Source of the DNA: Chthoniobacteraceae bacterium | GTDB taxonomy: Bacteria; Verrucomicrobiota; Verrucomicrobiia; Chthoniobacterales; Chthoniobacteraceae | Direction of reading: 5' to 3' | Assembly: GCA_031409655.1 (NCBI GenBank) | Contig: JANNXQ010000184.1 | Coordinates: 1-25,923, forward strand | DNA length: 25,923 nt | Shown here: one piece after another, positions 9,367 to 17,057 of the stretch | Layout of the letters: each line of letters opens with the position of its first letter | How positions within the stretch are numbered: the first letter of the stretch is position 1 | Position numbers and translations under genes: made by a program | The notes under the pieces: model-generated | Seen by the model: the letters and a program-made list of their open reading frames with translations, nothing else | The model's database searches: none | Told to the model about the DNA's origin: nothing

Positions 9367-10041
9367 ATGAGCGCCATCCCTGCCCCCAGCCGCCCCGTCG
9401 TCGAGGCGCTCGTGCGCACCTCGCTCTTTCGGCAGCTCGGAAAAGCCGCGCCCGCTTCTGCAGCCCCGGTCCTCATGGTGAATAGCTCGGCTCGGCACAT
9501 GCACATCTCCCCGGAGAATCTCGAAGTGCTTTTCGGGCCCGGCGCCAAGCTCACCGTTCACAAGTGGCTTTATCAGGAAGGTCAGTTTGCCTCCGAACAG
9601 ACGGTGACGCTGATCGGCCCGCGCCGCCGGGTCATCCCGAGCCTGCGCATCCTCGGCCCCTGCCGGAATCTCACGCAGATCGAACTCGCGATCACCGACT
9701 CCATCCAGCTCGGCGTGGATTTGCCGGTGAAAATGTCCGGCGACATCAAGGGCACCCCCGGCGGCTACGTCATGGGTCCGAAAGGGATGCTGGAGATGCC
9801 GGACGGCCTCATCCGCGCCGCCCGGCACGTCCACATGAGCCCCGCCGACGCCGCCTTCTATTGCGTGAAGCACCTCGACCGCATCACTCTCAAAGTGACC
9901 TCGCCTTTCTGCAACACCCGCTTCGACGACCTGATCGTCCGCGTCGATCCCAGCTTCAAACTCGAAGTCCACATGGACACGGATGAAGCCAACGCCTGCG
10001 ACCTCGAACGCGCCACGAAGGTCGAGCTTTTCAAAACCTAA
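9367..10041 (+). CDS. pduL: PduL-type phosphotransacylase with N-terminal encapsulation-like helix
   Basis: SARHMHIS, GQFASEQTV, RILGPCR..TQIE, ARHVHMSP and EVHMDTDEANA motifs. Confidence 0.95.
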   Translation: MSAIPAPSRPVVEALVRTSLFRQLGKAAPASAAPVLMVNSSARHMHISPENLEVLFGPGAKLTVHKWLYQEGQFASEQTVTLIGPRRRVIPSLRILGPCRNLTQIELAITDSIQLGVDLPVKMSGDIKGTPGGYVMGPKGMLEMPDGLIRAARHVHMSPADAAFYCVKHLDRITLKVTSPFCNTRFDDLIVRVDPSFKLEVHMDTDEANACDLERATKVELFKT

Positions 10042-10065
10042 CCCAACCCATAACCCACAAACACA

Positions 10066-10335
10066 ATGAGCGAAGCAATCGGACTAATCGAAACTCGCGG
10101 CTACGTCGGCCTGGTGGAAGCCAGTGACGCCATGGTCAAAGCCGCGAACGTGCAACTAATCAAATCCATCCCCATCGGCGGCGCGCTGATCACCACCATC
10201 GTGCGTGGCGACGTCGGCAGCGTCAAAGCCGCCGTGGAAGCGGGCAAGGAAGCCGCCAAACGTGTCGGCAACCTCGTCGCCTCCCACGTCATTGCCCGGC
10301 CCTCGCCGGACCTCCTGAAACTCTTCATCGGCTAA
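10066..10335 (+). CDS. BMC shell hexamer (BMC-H)
   Basis: [42 protein letters not shown]. Confidence 0.96.
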   Translation: MSEAIGLIETRGYVGLVEASDAMVKAANVQLIKSIPIGGALITTIVRGDVGSVKAAVEAGKEAAKRVGNLVASHVIARPSPDLLKLFIG

Positions 10336-10371
10336 TTCCTCCACACTCCACTCTCTACCTCACCTACTTAT

Positions 10372-10668
10372 ATGGCCGGACAAGCAATCGGAATGATCGA
10401 AACCAAGGGTCTCGTCGCGCAGTTTGAAGCGACAGACGCCATGCTCAAAGCAGCTAACGTCGAAGTCGTCGGCTGGGAAAAAGTCGGCTCGGGCTACGTC
10501 ACCGTCTTTGTCAAAGGCGATGTCGCTGCCGTCAAAGCCGCTGTTGAAGCCGGCGCCACCGCCGCGAGTGCGATCGGCGAAGTCGTCGCCGTCCACGTGA
10601 TCCCACGTCCGCACGACGACCTCCAGGGTCTCGGCAAATTCCTCGGTGGCAAGCCCGCCACGAAGTAA
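10372..10668 (+). CDS. BMC shell hexamer (BMC-H)
   Basis: [23 protein letters not shown] pore loop, [20 protein letters not shown]. Confidence 0.96.
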   Translation: MAGQAIGMIETKGLVAQFEATDAMLKAANVEVVGWEKVGSGYVTVFVKGDVAAVKAAVEAGATAASAIGEVVAVHVIPRPHDDLQGLGKFLGGKPATK

Positions 10669-10673
10669 TCCAA

Positions 10674-10709
10674 GGAGCGGCGATTTGTAATCGCCGACCC
10701 AAACGCTCC
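10674..10709. repeat. REP-like intergenic hairpin
   Basis: GGAG followed by CGGCGATT-TGT-AATCGCCG (10678-10696). GGAGCG can alternatively pair with CGCTCC (10704-10709). Confidence 0.55.
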
Positions 10710-10742
10710 CTCGCGCAGCGACCACTCCGTCTCCTCGGTCAG

Positions 10743-11927
10743 ATGTCACCCAACAAAATCCTCGTCGCCAATATCGGCAGCACCTCCTTCAAGTTCCGCT
10801 TGATCGAGATGCCGACCGAGCGCGTCCTGGCAAAGGGTGGCGTCGAGCGGATCGGCAGCCCAGACGCTCCGTGGAAAGCGCAGATCGGTTCCGAGCCCGA
10901 GCAAAAGGGTACAGCCGCCCTGCCTGACCACGGCGCCGCCATCGCGCTCGTCGAGCAGTTACTCGGTGGATTCGAGGGCCTCGCCGCCGTCGGCTTCAAG
11001 CCCGTGATGGCCCGCGGCATCTCCGGCACGCAGTTACTCGCCGAGCCGGTGCTCCAGGCGATGGAGGAAATCAACACCCTCCTCCCCGCGCACAATCCTC
11101 CTTACGTCGCGGCCGTCCGCAGCTTCCACCAGTCGCATCCGAAGCTCCCGTGCATCGGCACTTTCGAGACCGCCTTCTACGACGACGTGCCGGTGGAAAA
11201 CACCCGCTACCCGATCCCGCGCGAATGGGAAACCAAGTACGGCATCCGCCGCTATGGCTTCCACGGTGCGAGCCACCGCTTCGTCTCGCAGCGTTGCGCG
11301 GAACTCCGCGGCACGGATCAGTTGCGCATCATCTCCTGCCATCTCGGAGGTAGCTCTTCCATCGCCGCCGTGCGCGATGGCAAGGCGATCAACTCCAGTT
11401 GGGGTATGACCCCGCAGAGCGGCCTCCCGCAAAATAACCGCGTCGGCGATTTCGACTGCTTCGCCCTCATCTATCTCGCCCGCGACCTCGGCCTCGGTCT
11501 CGACGCCGTGGAAAAGGCCCTCACCTCGCAGTCCGGTCTCAAAGGCATGTCCGGCCTCGCCACAGGGGACATGCGCGACGTCCTCGCCGCCGCCCAGAGC
11601 GGCAATACCGACGCGCAGATCGCCGTCGATGTTTTCGCCGGTGCGATCCGCAAATTCATCGGCCAGTTCCTCGTCGAGATGAACGGCGCGGATGTCCTGA
11701 TTTTCACTGCCGGCATCGCCGAGAACAACCCGGCTCTGCGCGAACAAGTCTGTGCCAACCTCGACTTCTGCGGCCTCGAACTCGACCGCGACGCCAACGC
11801 TCGCACCGGTGCCGAGGAGGCCATCATCTCCACGCCACGCTCGAAGATCGAAGTGCGCGTCCTCCCCACCAACGAAGAACTCATCATCGCCCGCAACGCC
11901 TGGGCCAAACTCTCAACACTCCACTAA
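10743..11927 (+). CDS. ackA: Acetate/propionate kinase family protein (divergent, BMC-associated)
   Basis: NIGSTSFK, PAHNP, RRYGFHGASH, CHLG, DMRD, FTAGIAEN and PTNEEL motifs. Confidence 0.93.
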   Translation: MSPNKILVANIGSTSFKFRLIEMPTERVLAKGGVERIGSPDAPWKAQIGSEPEQKGTAALPDHGAAIALVEQLLGGFEGLAAVGFKPVMARGISGTQLLAEPVLQAMEEINTLLPAHNPPYVAAVRSFHQSHPKLPCIGTFETAFYDDVPVENTRYPIPREWETKYGIRRYGFHGASHRFVSQRCAELRGTDQLRIISCHLGGSSSIAAVRDGKAINSSWGMTPQSGLPQNNRVGDFDCFALIYLARDLGLGLDAVEKALTSQSGLKGMSGLATGDMRDVLAAAQSGNTDAQIAVDVFAGAIRKFIGQFLVEMNGADVLIFTAGIAENNPALREQVCANLDFCGLELDRDANARTGAEEAIISTPRSKIEVRVLPTNEELIIARNAWAKLSTLH

Positions 11928-11943
11928 CAACCCACCACCTATT

Positions 11944-12225
11944 ATGGCACAACAAGCAATTGGACTCATCGAAACCCGCGGCCTCATCGCCTTGGTCGAA
12001 GCAACTGACGCAATGCTGAAGTCGGCAAACGTCGAACTCGTCGGACCCATGACCCAAGTCGGCAACGCGATGGTGACCGTCTGCGTCACCGGCGACGTCG
12101 CCGCCGTCAAGGCCGCCACCGAAGCTGGCAAGAACGCCGCGCAGTCGCTCGGCGAAATCGTCAGCGTTAGCGTCATCGCCCGTCCGCACAACGACCTCCC
12201 CGCCGTCCTTCCAAAGGCAAAGTAA
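11944..12225 (+). CDS. BMC shell hexamer (BMC-H), third copy
   Basis: Starts at ATG 11944: [37 protein letters not shown]. Confidence 0.95.
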   Translation: MAQQAIGLIETRGLIALVEATDAMLKSANVELVGPMTQVGNAMVTVCVTGDVAAVKAATEAGKNAAQSLGEIVSVSVIARPHNDLPAVLPKAK

Positions 12226-12253
12226 GAAGGTCTAAGGATGAAGGATGAAGGAC
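12226..12253 (+). repeat. Heptamer tandem array, left arm
   Basis: GAAGGTC-TAAGGAT-GAAGGAT-GAAGGAC, starting immediately after the BMC-H stop and containing the ATG at 12245. Confidence 0.9.
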
Positions 12254-12604
12254 TTCGAGTCGCCGGATTTGGTCGAAAGAACGCGCGCATTTGCGTTGCG
12301 GATCATTCGCCTGTCGGCGTCGTTGCCTCGGACGAAGGAAGCTTCGGTCCTCGGCCACCAAGTTCTTCGATCCGGCACTTCCGTAGGGGCGAACTATCGA
12401 GAGGCGCAACGCGCCCGAAGCAAGGCCGAGTTTTGCGCCAAGATTGGTGACAGCCTCAAGGAACTCGATGAAACCCTCTACTGGCTGGAACTCATTCTCG
12501 GTGCCGATTTGATCAAGCCAGTCCGGCTTCACCCGCTGACCACCGAATGCAATGAACTCCTCGCTATTTTCACCACTATCCACAAACGAGCGAAAGGCGT
12601 CTGA
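12245..12604 (+). CDS. Four-helix-bundle protein (23S rRNA intervening-sequence protein / Avd-like family)
   Basis: RTRAFALRIIRL, QVLRSGTSVGANYREAQRARSKAEF..K....LKE.DETLYWLEL and ECNELLAIF form the family signature; 119 aa. Confidence 0.93.
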   Translation: MKDFESPDLVERTRAFALRIIRLSASLPRTKEASVLGHQVLRSGTSVGANYREAQRARSKAEFCAKIGDSLKELDETLYWLELILGADLIKPVRLHPLTTECNELLAIFTTIHKRAKGV

Positions 12605-12611
12605 GCGGGTG

Positions 12612-12644
12612 CCTTCATCCTTCATCCTTCATCCTTCATCCTTA
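12612..12644 (-). repeat. Heptamer tandem array, right arm (inverted relative to the left arm)
   Basis: (CCTTCAT)x4 + CCTTA, running into the ATG at 12644. Confidence 0.95.
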
Positions 12645-12952
12645 TGATCTTGGCCCGCGTAGAAGGCAGCGTCGTCGCGACGAAGAAGAACGCGAAGATG
12701 ACGGGGAATAAGTTCCTCCTCGTGCGTCCACTCGTGATCGACTCCGCAAAAGGCGGCGACTGGAAGCCCGGCACGAGCACACTCGTCGTCGTTGACAGCC
12801 TTGGCGCGGGCGAAGGTGAGATCGTCCTCATCGTGCAAGGCAGCTCCGCGCGATTGGCCGCCGATGACAAAGACTCACCCGTCGATGCCGTCGTAGTCGG
12901 CCTCGTGGACACCGTCGATATCGGCAAACACATCCTCTACAAGGCGAAATAA
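12644..12952 (+). CDS. BMC vertex pentamer (BMC-P, EutN/CcmL family)
   Basis: MILARVEGSVVATKK, VVDSLGAGEGEIVL..GSSAR, PVDAVVVGLVD. Confidence 0.95.
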   Translation: MILARVEGSVVATKKNAKMTGNKFLLVRPLVIDSAKGGDWKPGTSTLVVVDSLGAGEGEIVLIVQGSSARLAADDKDSPVDAVVVGLVDTVDIGKHILYKAK

Positions 12953-13006
12953 CCTGCCCGGCACTTTGCCTGGTCCTTTCTCCAAATCTTCTGCGGCTAA
13001 CTTAGT

Positions 13007-14437
13007 ATGACCAACATTGATGACAAACTTGTCTCCCGCGTCGTGAGCGAAGTGCTCGCGCGGCTCCAGACGCAGATCAAGGTGACTTCCAGCGGATCGA
13101 GCCAGTTTGGCGTCTATGAAAAGATGGAGGATGCCTGCGAGGCGGCGCATCGCTCGTTTGAAAAGTTGCGTGAACTTGGCGTCTCTGCGCGGCGCAAAGC
13201 AATTCAAGTCATCCGCAAGATGTGCGTGGCCAAGGCTCAGGAGTGGGGAACGATTGAATTCAACGAGACGAAGATCGGCCGACTGGATCACAAGATCGAG
13301 AAACTCAAAATCTGCGGCGATCTCGTGCCGGGCGTCGAGTTCCTCGAACGCATGGCTTTCAGTGGGGACTTCGGACTCACGATCATCGACTTTGCGCCGT
13401 GGGGTGTCATCGGTGCGGTGACGCCCTCGACTCACAGCGTCCCGACGCTCACCGGCAATGCGATCAACATGATCGCAGCGGGTAACTCGGTCGTCTATAA
13501 CACGCATCCCGCCGCCGCAAACTGCGCGGCGATTGCGATCAAGGCTTACAACGAAGCCATCTTTGCGGAGATCGGCATCTCCGACTTACTCACCACGGTG
13601 GTGAAGCCGACGCTCGATACCTTCGACGTGATGTGCAAGCACCCGAAGGTGCGTCTCCTTTGTGTCACTGGCGGTCCTGCCGTCGTCGCCGCGGCGATGA
13701 AAACGGGCAAACGCGCAGTGTGTGCGGGTCCCGGGAATCCTCCGGTGGTCGTCGATGAAACCGCCGACCTCGAGGTCGCGGCAAAGTCGATCATCCAGGG
13801 CGCGAGCTACGACAACAACCTGCTCTGTATCGGCGAGAAGGAAGTGTTCGTGGTGGAAGCCGTGGCCGACAAACTCATCGCCGCGCTCAAGCGTGCCGGT
13901 GCCGTGCAACTCGACGCCAAGCAGATCGAGGCACTCTCAGACAAGGCGTTCGTTTTCCCGCAGGGCAAAGGCGCGGGCTGCCCGCATCCAGTGGTAAATC
14001 GCGACCTCGTCGGCCGCGACGCAGCGGTGCTCGCGAAAGCCATCGGTCTCGACGTGCCACCGGCGACGCAACTCCTCTTTGGCGAGACCAAGGCCGATCA
14101 CATCTTTGTCGACGAAGAGCAGATGATGCCCTTCATCCCGGTGGTGCGCGTACCCAATGTGGACGCTGGTATCGCCGCCGCGATCCACGCCGAACACGGT
14201 TACAAGCACACCGCGGTGATGCATTCGCAGAACATCCGCAATCTCACCAAGATGGCGCAGATCGTCGATACCACCCTCTTCATCAAGAACGGTCCGTGCA
14301 TGACCGGCCTCGGCCTCGGTGGCGAAGGATTCCTCAGCTTCTCGGTCGCCACGCCGACCGGCGAAGGCGTGACCACGCCGATGACCTTCACCCGCTCCCG
14401 CCGCTGCGTGATGGTCGAAAACTTGAACCTGTTCTAA
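13007..14437 (+). CDS. CoA-acylating aldehyde dehydrogenase (EutE/PduP type)
   Basis: PWGVIGAVTPSTH, TGGPAVV, AGPGNPP, catalytic DNNLLCIGEKE, EQMMP, TPTGEGVT; N-terminal amphipathic helix. Confidence 0.96.
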   Translation: MTNIDDKLVSRVVSEVLARLQTQIKVTSSGSSQFGVYEKMEDACEAAHRSFEKLRELGVSARRKAIQVIRKMCVAKAQEWGTIEFNETKIGRLDHKIEKLKICGDLVPGVEFLERMAFSGDFGLTIIDFAPWGVIGAVTPSTHSVPTLTGNAINMIAAGNSVVYNTHPAAANCAAIAIKAYNEAIFAEIGISDLLTTVVKPTLDTFDVMCKHPKVRLLCVTGGPAVVAAAMKTGKRAVCAGPGNPPVVVDETADLEVAAKSIIQGASYDNNLLCIGEKEVFVVEAVADKLIAALKRAGAVQLDAKQIEALSDKAFVFPQGKGAGCPHPVVNRDLVGRDAAVLAKAIGLDVPPATQLLFGETKADHIFVDEEQMMPFIPVVRVPNVDAGIAAAIHAEHGYKHTAVMHSQNIRNLTKMAQIVDTTLFIKNGPCMTGLGLGGEGFLSFSVATPTGEGVTTPMTFTRSRRCVMVENLNLF

Positions 14438-14701
14438 ATGCGCCTCGCGACGATCAAAGGCCACGTCACATCGACGGTGAAGCACAAAAGCCTCGATGGC
14501 TGGCGGCTGCTCCTGGCGATGCCGGAGAGCCCTGACCTCGCGCCACAGATCGTCCTCGACTCACTCGGTGCAGGCATCGGGCAGAAGGTGCTCATCTCGA
14601 GCGATGGCAGCGAAGCGCGTAAGATGGTCGGCGACGAACGCAGTCCGGCGCGGTGGACGGTGCTAGGGATCATTGATCCGGAAAGGGATCTCGCGCTATG
14701 A
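14438..14701 (+). CDS. BMC vertex pentamer (BMC-P)
   Basis: G.VTSTVKH.SL.G, DSLGAGIGQKVLISSDG, PARWTVLGIID. Confidence 0.93.
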   Translation: MRLATIKGHVTSTVKHKSLDGWRLLLAMPESPDLAPQIVLDSLGAGIGQKVLISSDGSEARKMVGDERSPARWTVLGIIDPERDLAL

Positions 14702-14976
14702 GAATGGGCACCGTCATCGGTCGCGTGACTCTTTCCGTCCGCCATAAGCGCTACTCCGGCGAGCGTCTGCTGCTCACGCTCCCTTGGAAGACCGATACCT
14801 TCAACGGCGCGGACAAACATGACCCCGCCATCGTCGTCTATGACCAACTCGGCGCTGGCGTCGGCCAGGACATCGCCATCAGCGAAGGGCGCGAAGCTGC
14901 CTGCCCCTTTCGAACCCCAACCCCCGTCGATGCCTACTGTGCGGCATTGGTGGATGAATTTTTCTACAAGGAGTAA
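14698..14976 (+). CDS. BMC vertex pentamer (BMC-P)
   Basis: MRMGTVIGRVTLS, YDQLGAGVG..IAISEGREA, PVDAYCAALVD; ATGA overlap with the previous gene. Confidence 0.93.
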   Translation: MRMGTVIGRVTLSVRHKRYSGERLLLTLPWKTDTFNGADKHDPAIVVYDQLGAGVGQDIAISEGREAACPFRTPTPVDAYCAALVDEFFYKE

Positions 14977-14979
14977 CCC

Positions 14980-16047
14980 ATGACACTAATCGCTCAGAAA
15001 GAAGCCTCGGACTTTGTCAAGACCGGAGCCAAAGAGTTTCGCCAGAACGCCGAGATCCGGCTCACACCCGGCGCGAAGGACATCTTCACCGAAGCAGGAA
15101 TCAAAGTTGTCTATGACGACGGCGCGCCGGCTCCGACCACGACTTCGGCGGCACCGACGGCGGGTGCTTCCACCAGCGGCTACAGCGCGGAGGACGTGCG
15201 GCTCTTCAACTCGAAAGAAGCGAACGAGATCAAGGAACAGATCTGCGATATCGGTCGCCGCATCTGGATGCGCGAATATTGCGATGGCAATGGTGGCAAC
15301 ATCTCCGCGCGGCTCGGCCCGGATCGTTTCATCTGCACGCCGACCGGCGTCAGCAAAGGATTCATGAAGCCGGACATGATGTGCATGGTCGATGGCAAGG
15401 GCACCCAGTGCGGCGGCACTTGGAAACGATCCAGCGAGATCACGACCCACATGGCGATCTTTCACTCGACGCCCGAAGCGGCGTCCGTCTGCCACGCTCA
15501 TCCGGTCCACGCGGGAGCTTTCGCGATCAAAGGCATGCAGCCACCGCCGCGGTTGATCCCCGAGTTGGAAGTCTTCGTCGGCACCGTGGCTTACACCCCT
15601 TACAAGACTCCCGGCAGCCCCGAGATCGCCGCCGAGATCTATCCGCTCGCGCCGAAGCACCAGTCCATCCTCATGGGCAACCACGGCGTCATCTGCTGGG
15701 GTAAGTCCGTTGAGGATGCTTACTTCAAAATGGAGATCACCGATGCGTATTGCCGCACCGTGATCCTCGCGCAGGCCATCCCCGGCAATGCCTCGATCCC
15801 GTGCGACAAGCTCCCCGAGTTGCTCACCATCAAGAAGAGTCTCGGCCTGCCGGACGATCGCTACGACCTCAAGCCGGCCGGCCTCTGCGATGTCGATCCG
15901 TGGACCCAGATGTGCGGCTCGCACGGCTGCTCGTCACCTGTCACGCCCTTCAATCCCATGACCAACGGCGCATCTTCCAGCGACGCCGATGTCGAGGCCC
16001 TCGTCCAGAAACTCACCGACGAAATCGTCGCCAACCTCTCCAAGTAA
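14980..16047 (+). CDS. Class II aldolase (fuculose/rhamnulose-phosphate aldolase-like) with extra N-terminal domain and C-terminal encapsulation helix
   Basis: GNGGNIS, TPTGVSKG, SSE..TH, HAHP and NHG (Zn ligands); C-terminus DVEALVQKLTDEIVANL. Confidence 0.92.
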   Translation: MTLIAQKEASDFVKTGAKEFRQNAEIRLTPGAKDIFTEAGIKVVYDDGAPAPTTTSAAPTAGASTSGYSAEDVRLFNSKEANEIKEQICDIGRRIWMREYCDGNGGNISARLGPDRFICTPTGVSKGFMKPDMMCMVDGKGTQCGGTWKRSSEITTHMAIFHSTPEAASVCHAHPVHAGAFAIKGMQPPPRLIPELEVFVGTVAYTPYKTPGSPEIAAEIYPLAPKHQSILMGNHGVICWGKSVEDAYFKMEITDAYCRTVILAQAIPGNASIPCDKLPELLTIKKSLGLPDDRYDLKPAGLCDVDPWTQMCGSHGCSSPVTPFNPMTNGASSSDADVEALVQKLTDEIVANLSK

Positions 16048-16048
16048 C

Positions 16049-16972
16049 ATGAAAGTAGCCATCATCGGCGGCGGCGGCCGCGTCGGTTCCTGCGCAGCGT
16101 TTGCCCTCCAGTGTTCGGGGATCGTGAAAGACATCATCGTCCTCGACGCCAATCAGGCCACGGCCGAAGGCGAAGCGCTCGACTTACTCCACGGCGCCGC
16201 CTTTTGCGCGGATCAGAATATCTACGCCGGCACCTATGCCGACTGCGCGAGTGCGGATATCATCTGCATCACCGCTGGCCTGCGCCGGAAGCCGGATGAG
16301 TCGCGCCTCGACCTCATCAATCGCAACGTCAGCCTCTTCGTCGGCATCCTGCAGAGCCTCAAGCAAGCCGGGCTCAAGAAGGACGCGATCGTCTTCGTCG
16401 TCTCGAACCCAGTCGATATCCTCACGCAACTTGCCGTCGAGCAGACCGGCCTACCCGCCGCGCAAGTGCTCGGTCTCGGCACCGTGCTCGACACCTCGCG
16501 CTTCTGCTCGCTCATCGCGCAATCGCTCAAGCTCCCGCCGACGCAGGTCCGCGCGATGATCCTCGGCGAACACGGCGACACCATGTTGCCCGTGTGGTCC
16601 TCCGCGAGCGTCGATGGCTTTCCTCTGCTGAAATTTCCCGGCGTCACGCCCACCTTCCAAACGCAGATCTTCGAACGCACGCAGAAGAGCGGCTCCGAAG
16701 TCATCTCCCGCAAAGGCGGCGCCGGCTGGGCCGTCGGCGTCGCGATCCGCGAAGTCATCGACTGCATCGCCCTCGATCGCCGCCGCATCCTGCCCGTCTC
16801 CAGCCTCGTCCGCGGCCCTTACGGCATCCGCGACGTCTGCATCAGCGTCCCCACTGTGGTCGGCCGCGGCGGTGCCTTGCAGCACATCGAACTCGAACTC
16901 TGGCCCAAGGAACGCCAGGCGCTCGAGACTTCCGCCAAAGCGCTCCAGGACACGCGGGCGAAAATCAAGTAG
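16049..16972 (+). CDS. Lactate/malate dehydrogenase family protein
   Basis: Starts at ATG 16049: MKVAIIGGGGRVG, GEALDLLH, VSNPVD, GTVLDTSRF, GEHGD. Confidence 0.93.
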   Translation: MKVAIIGGGGRVGSCAAFALQCSGIVKDIIVLDANQATAEGEALDLLHGAAFCADQNIYAGTYADCASADIICITAGLRRKPDESRLDLINRNVSLFVGILQSLKQAGLKKDAIVFVVSNPVDILTQLAVEQTGLPAAQVLGLGTVLDTSRFCSLIAQSLKLPPTQVRAMILGEHGDTMLPVWSSASVDGFPLLKFPGVTPTFQTQIFERTQKSGSEVISRKGGAGWAVGVAIREVIDCIALDRRRILPVSSLVRGPYGIRDVCISVPTVVGRGGALQHIELELWPKERQALETSAKALQDTRAKIK

Positions 16973-17057
16973 GCGGCGGGCAACCCGAAACGAGATGTTT
17001 CTGCGGTGAACGAATCCACATCGAGTTCGATCGCTTCGCAGCAAGCTTGATCGACCC

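Noticed and set aside
11752..11943. Long N-terminal extensions on the third BMC-H (also LDH from 15989, recQ from 22985, propeller from 23043)
   Set aside because: They overlap neighbouring genes or promoter regions; family homology begins at downstream ATGs.
12245..12604. Diversity-generating retroelement (Avd-like gene)
   Set aside because: No reverse transcriptase or TR/VR repeat pair is visible in the window.
12245..12604. An actual 23S rRNA gene with an intervening sequence
   Set aside because: Both flanks are BMC protein genes; no rRNA sequence is recognisable.
12226..12644. Heptamer arrays as a phase-variation switch or CRISPR array
   Set aside because: There are no spacers. Changing unit number would not shift either reading frame, because each functional ATG lies at the 3' end of its array.
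8406..16972. The BMC locus itself as a new organelle type
   Set aside because: Gene content and order match the described Planctomycete/Verrucomicrobia microcompartment; only the insert and the enzyme details are unusual.
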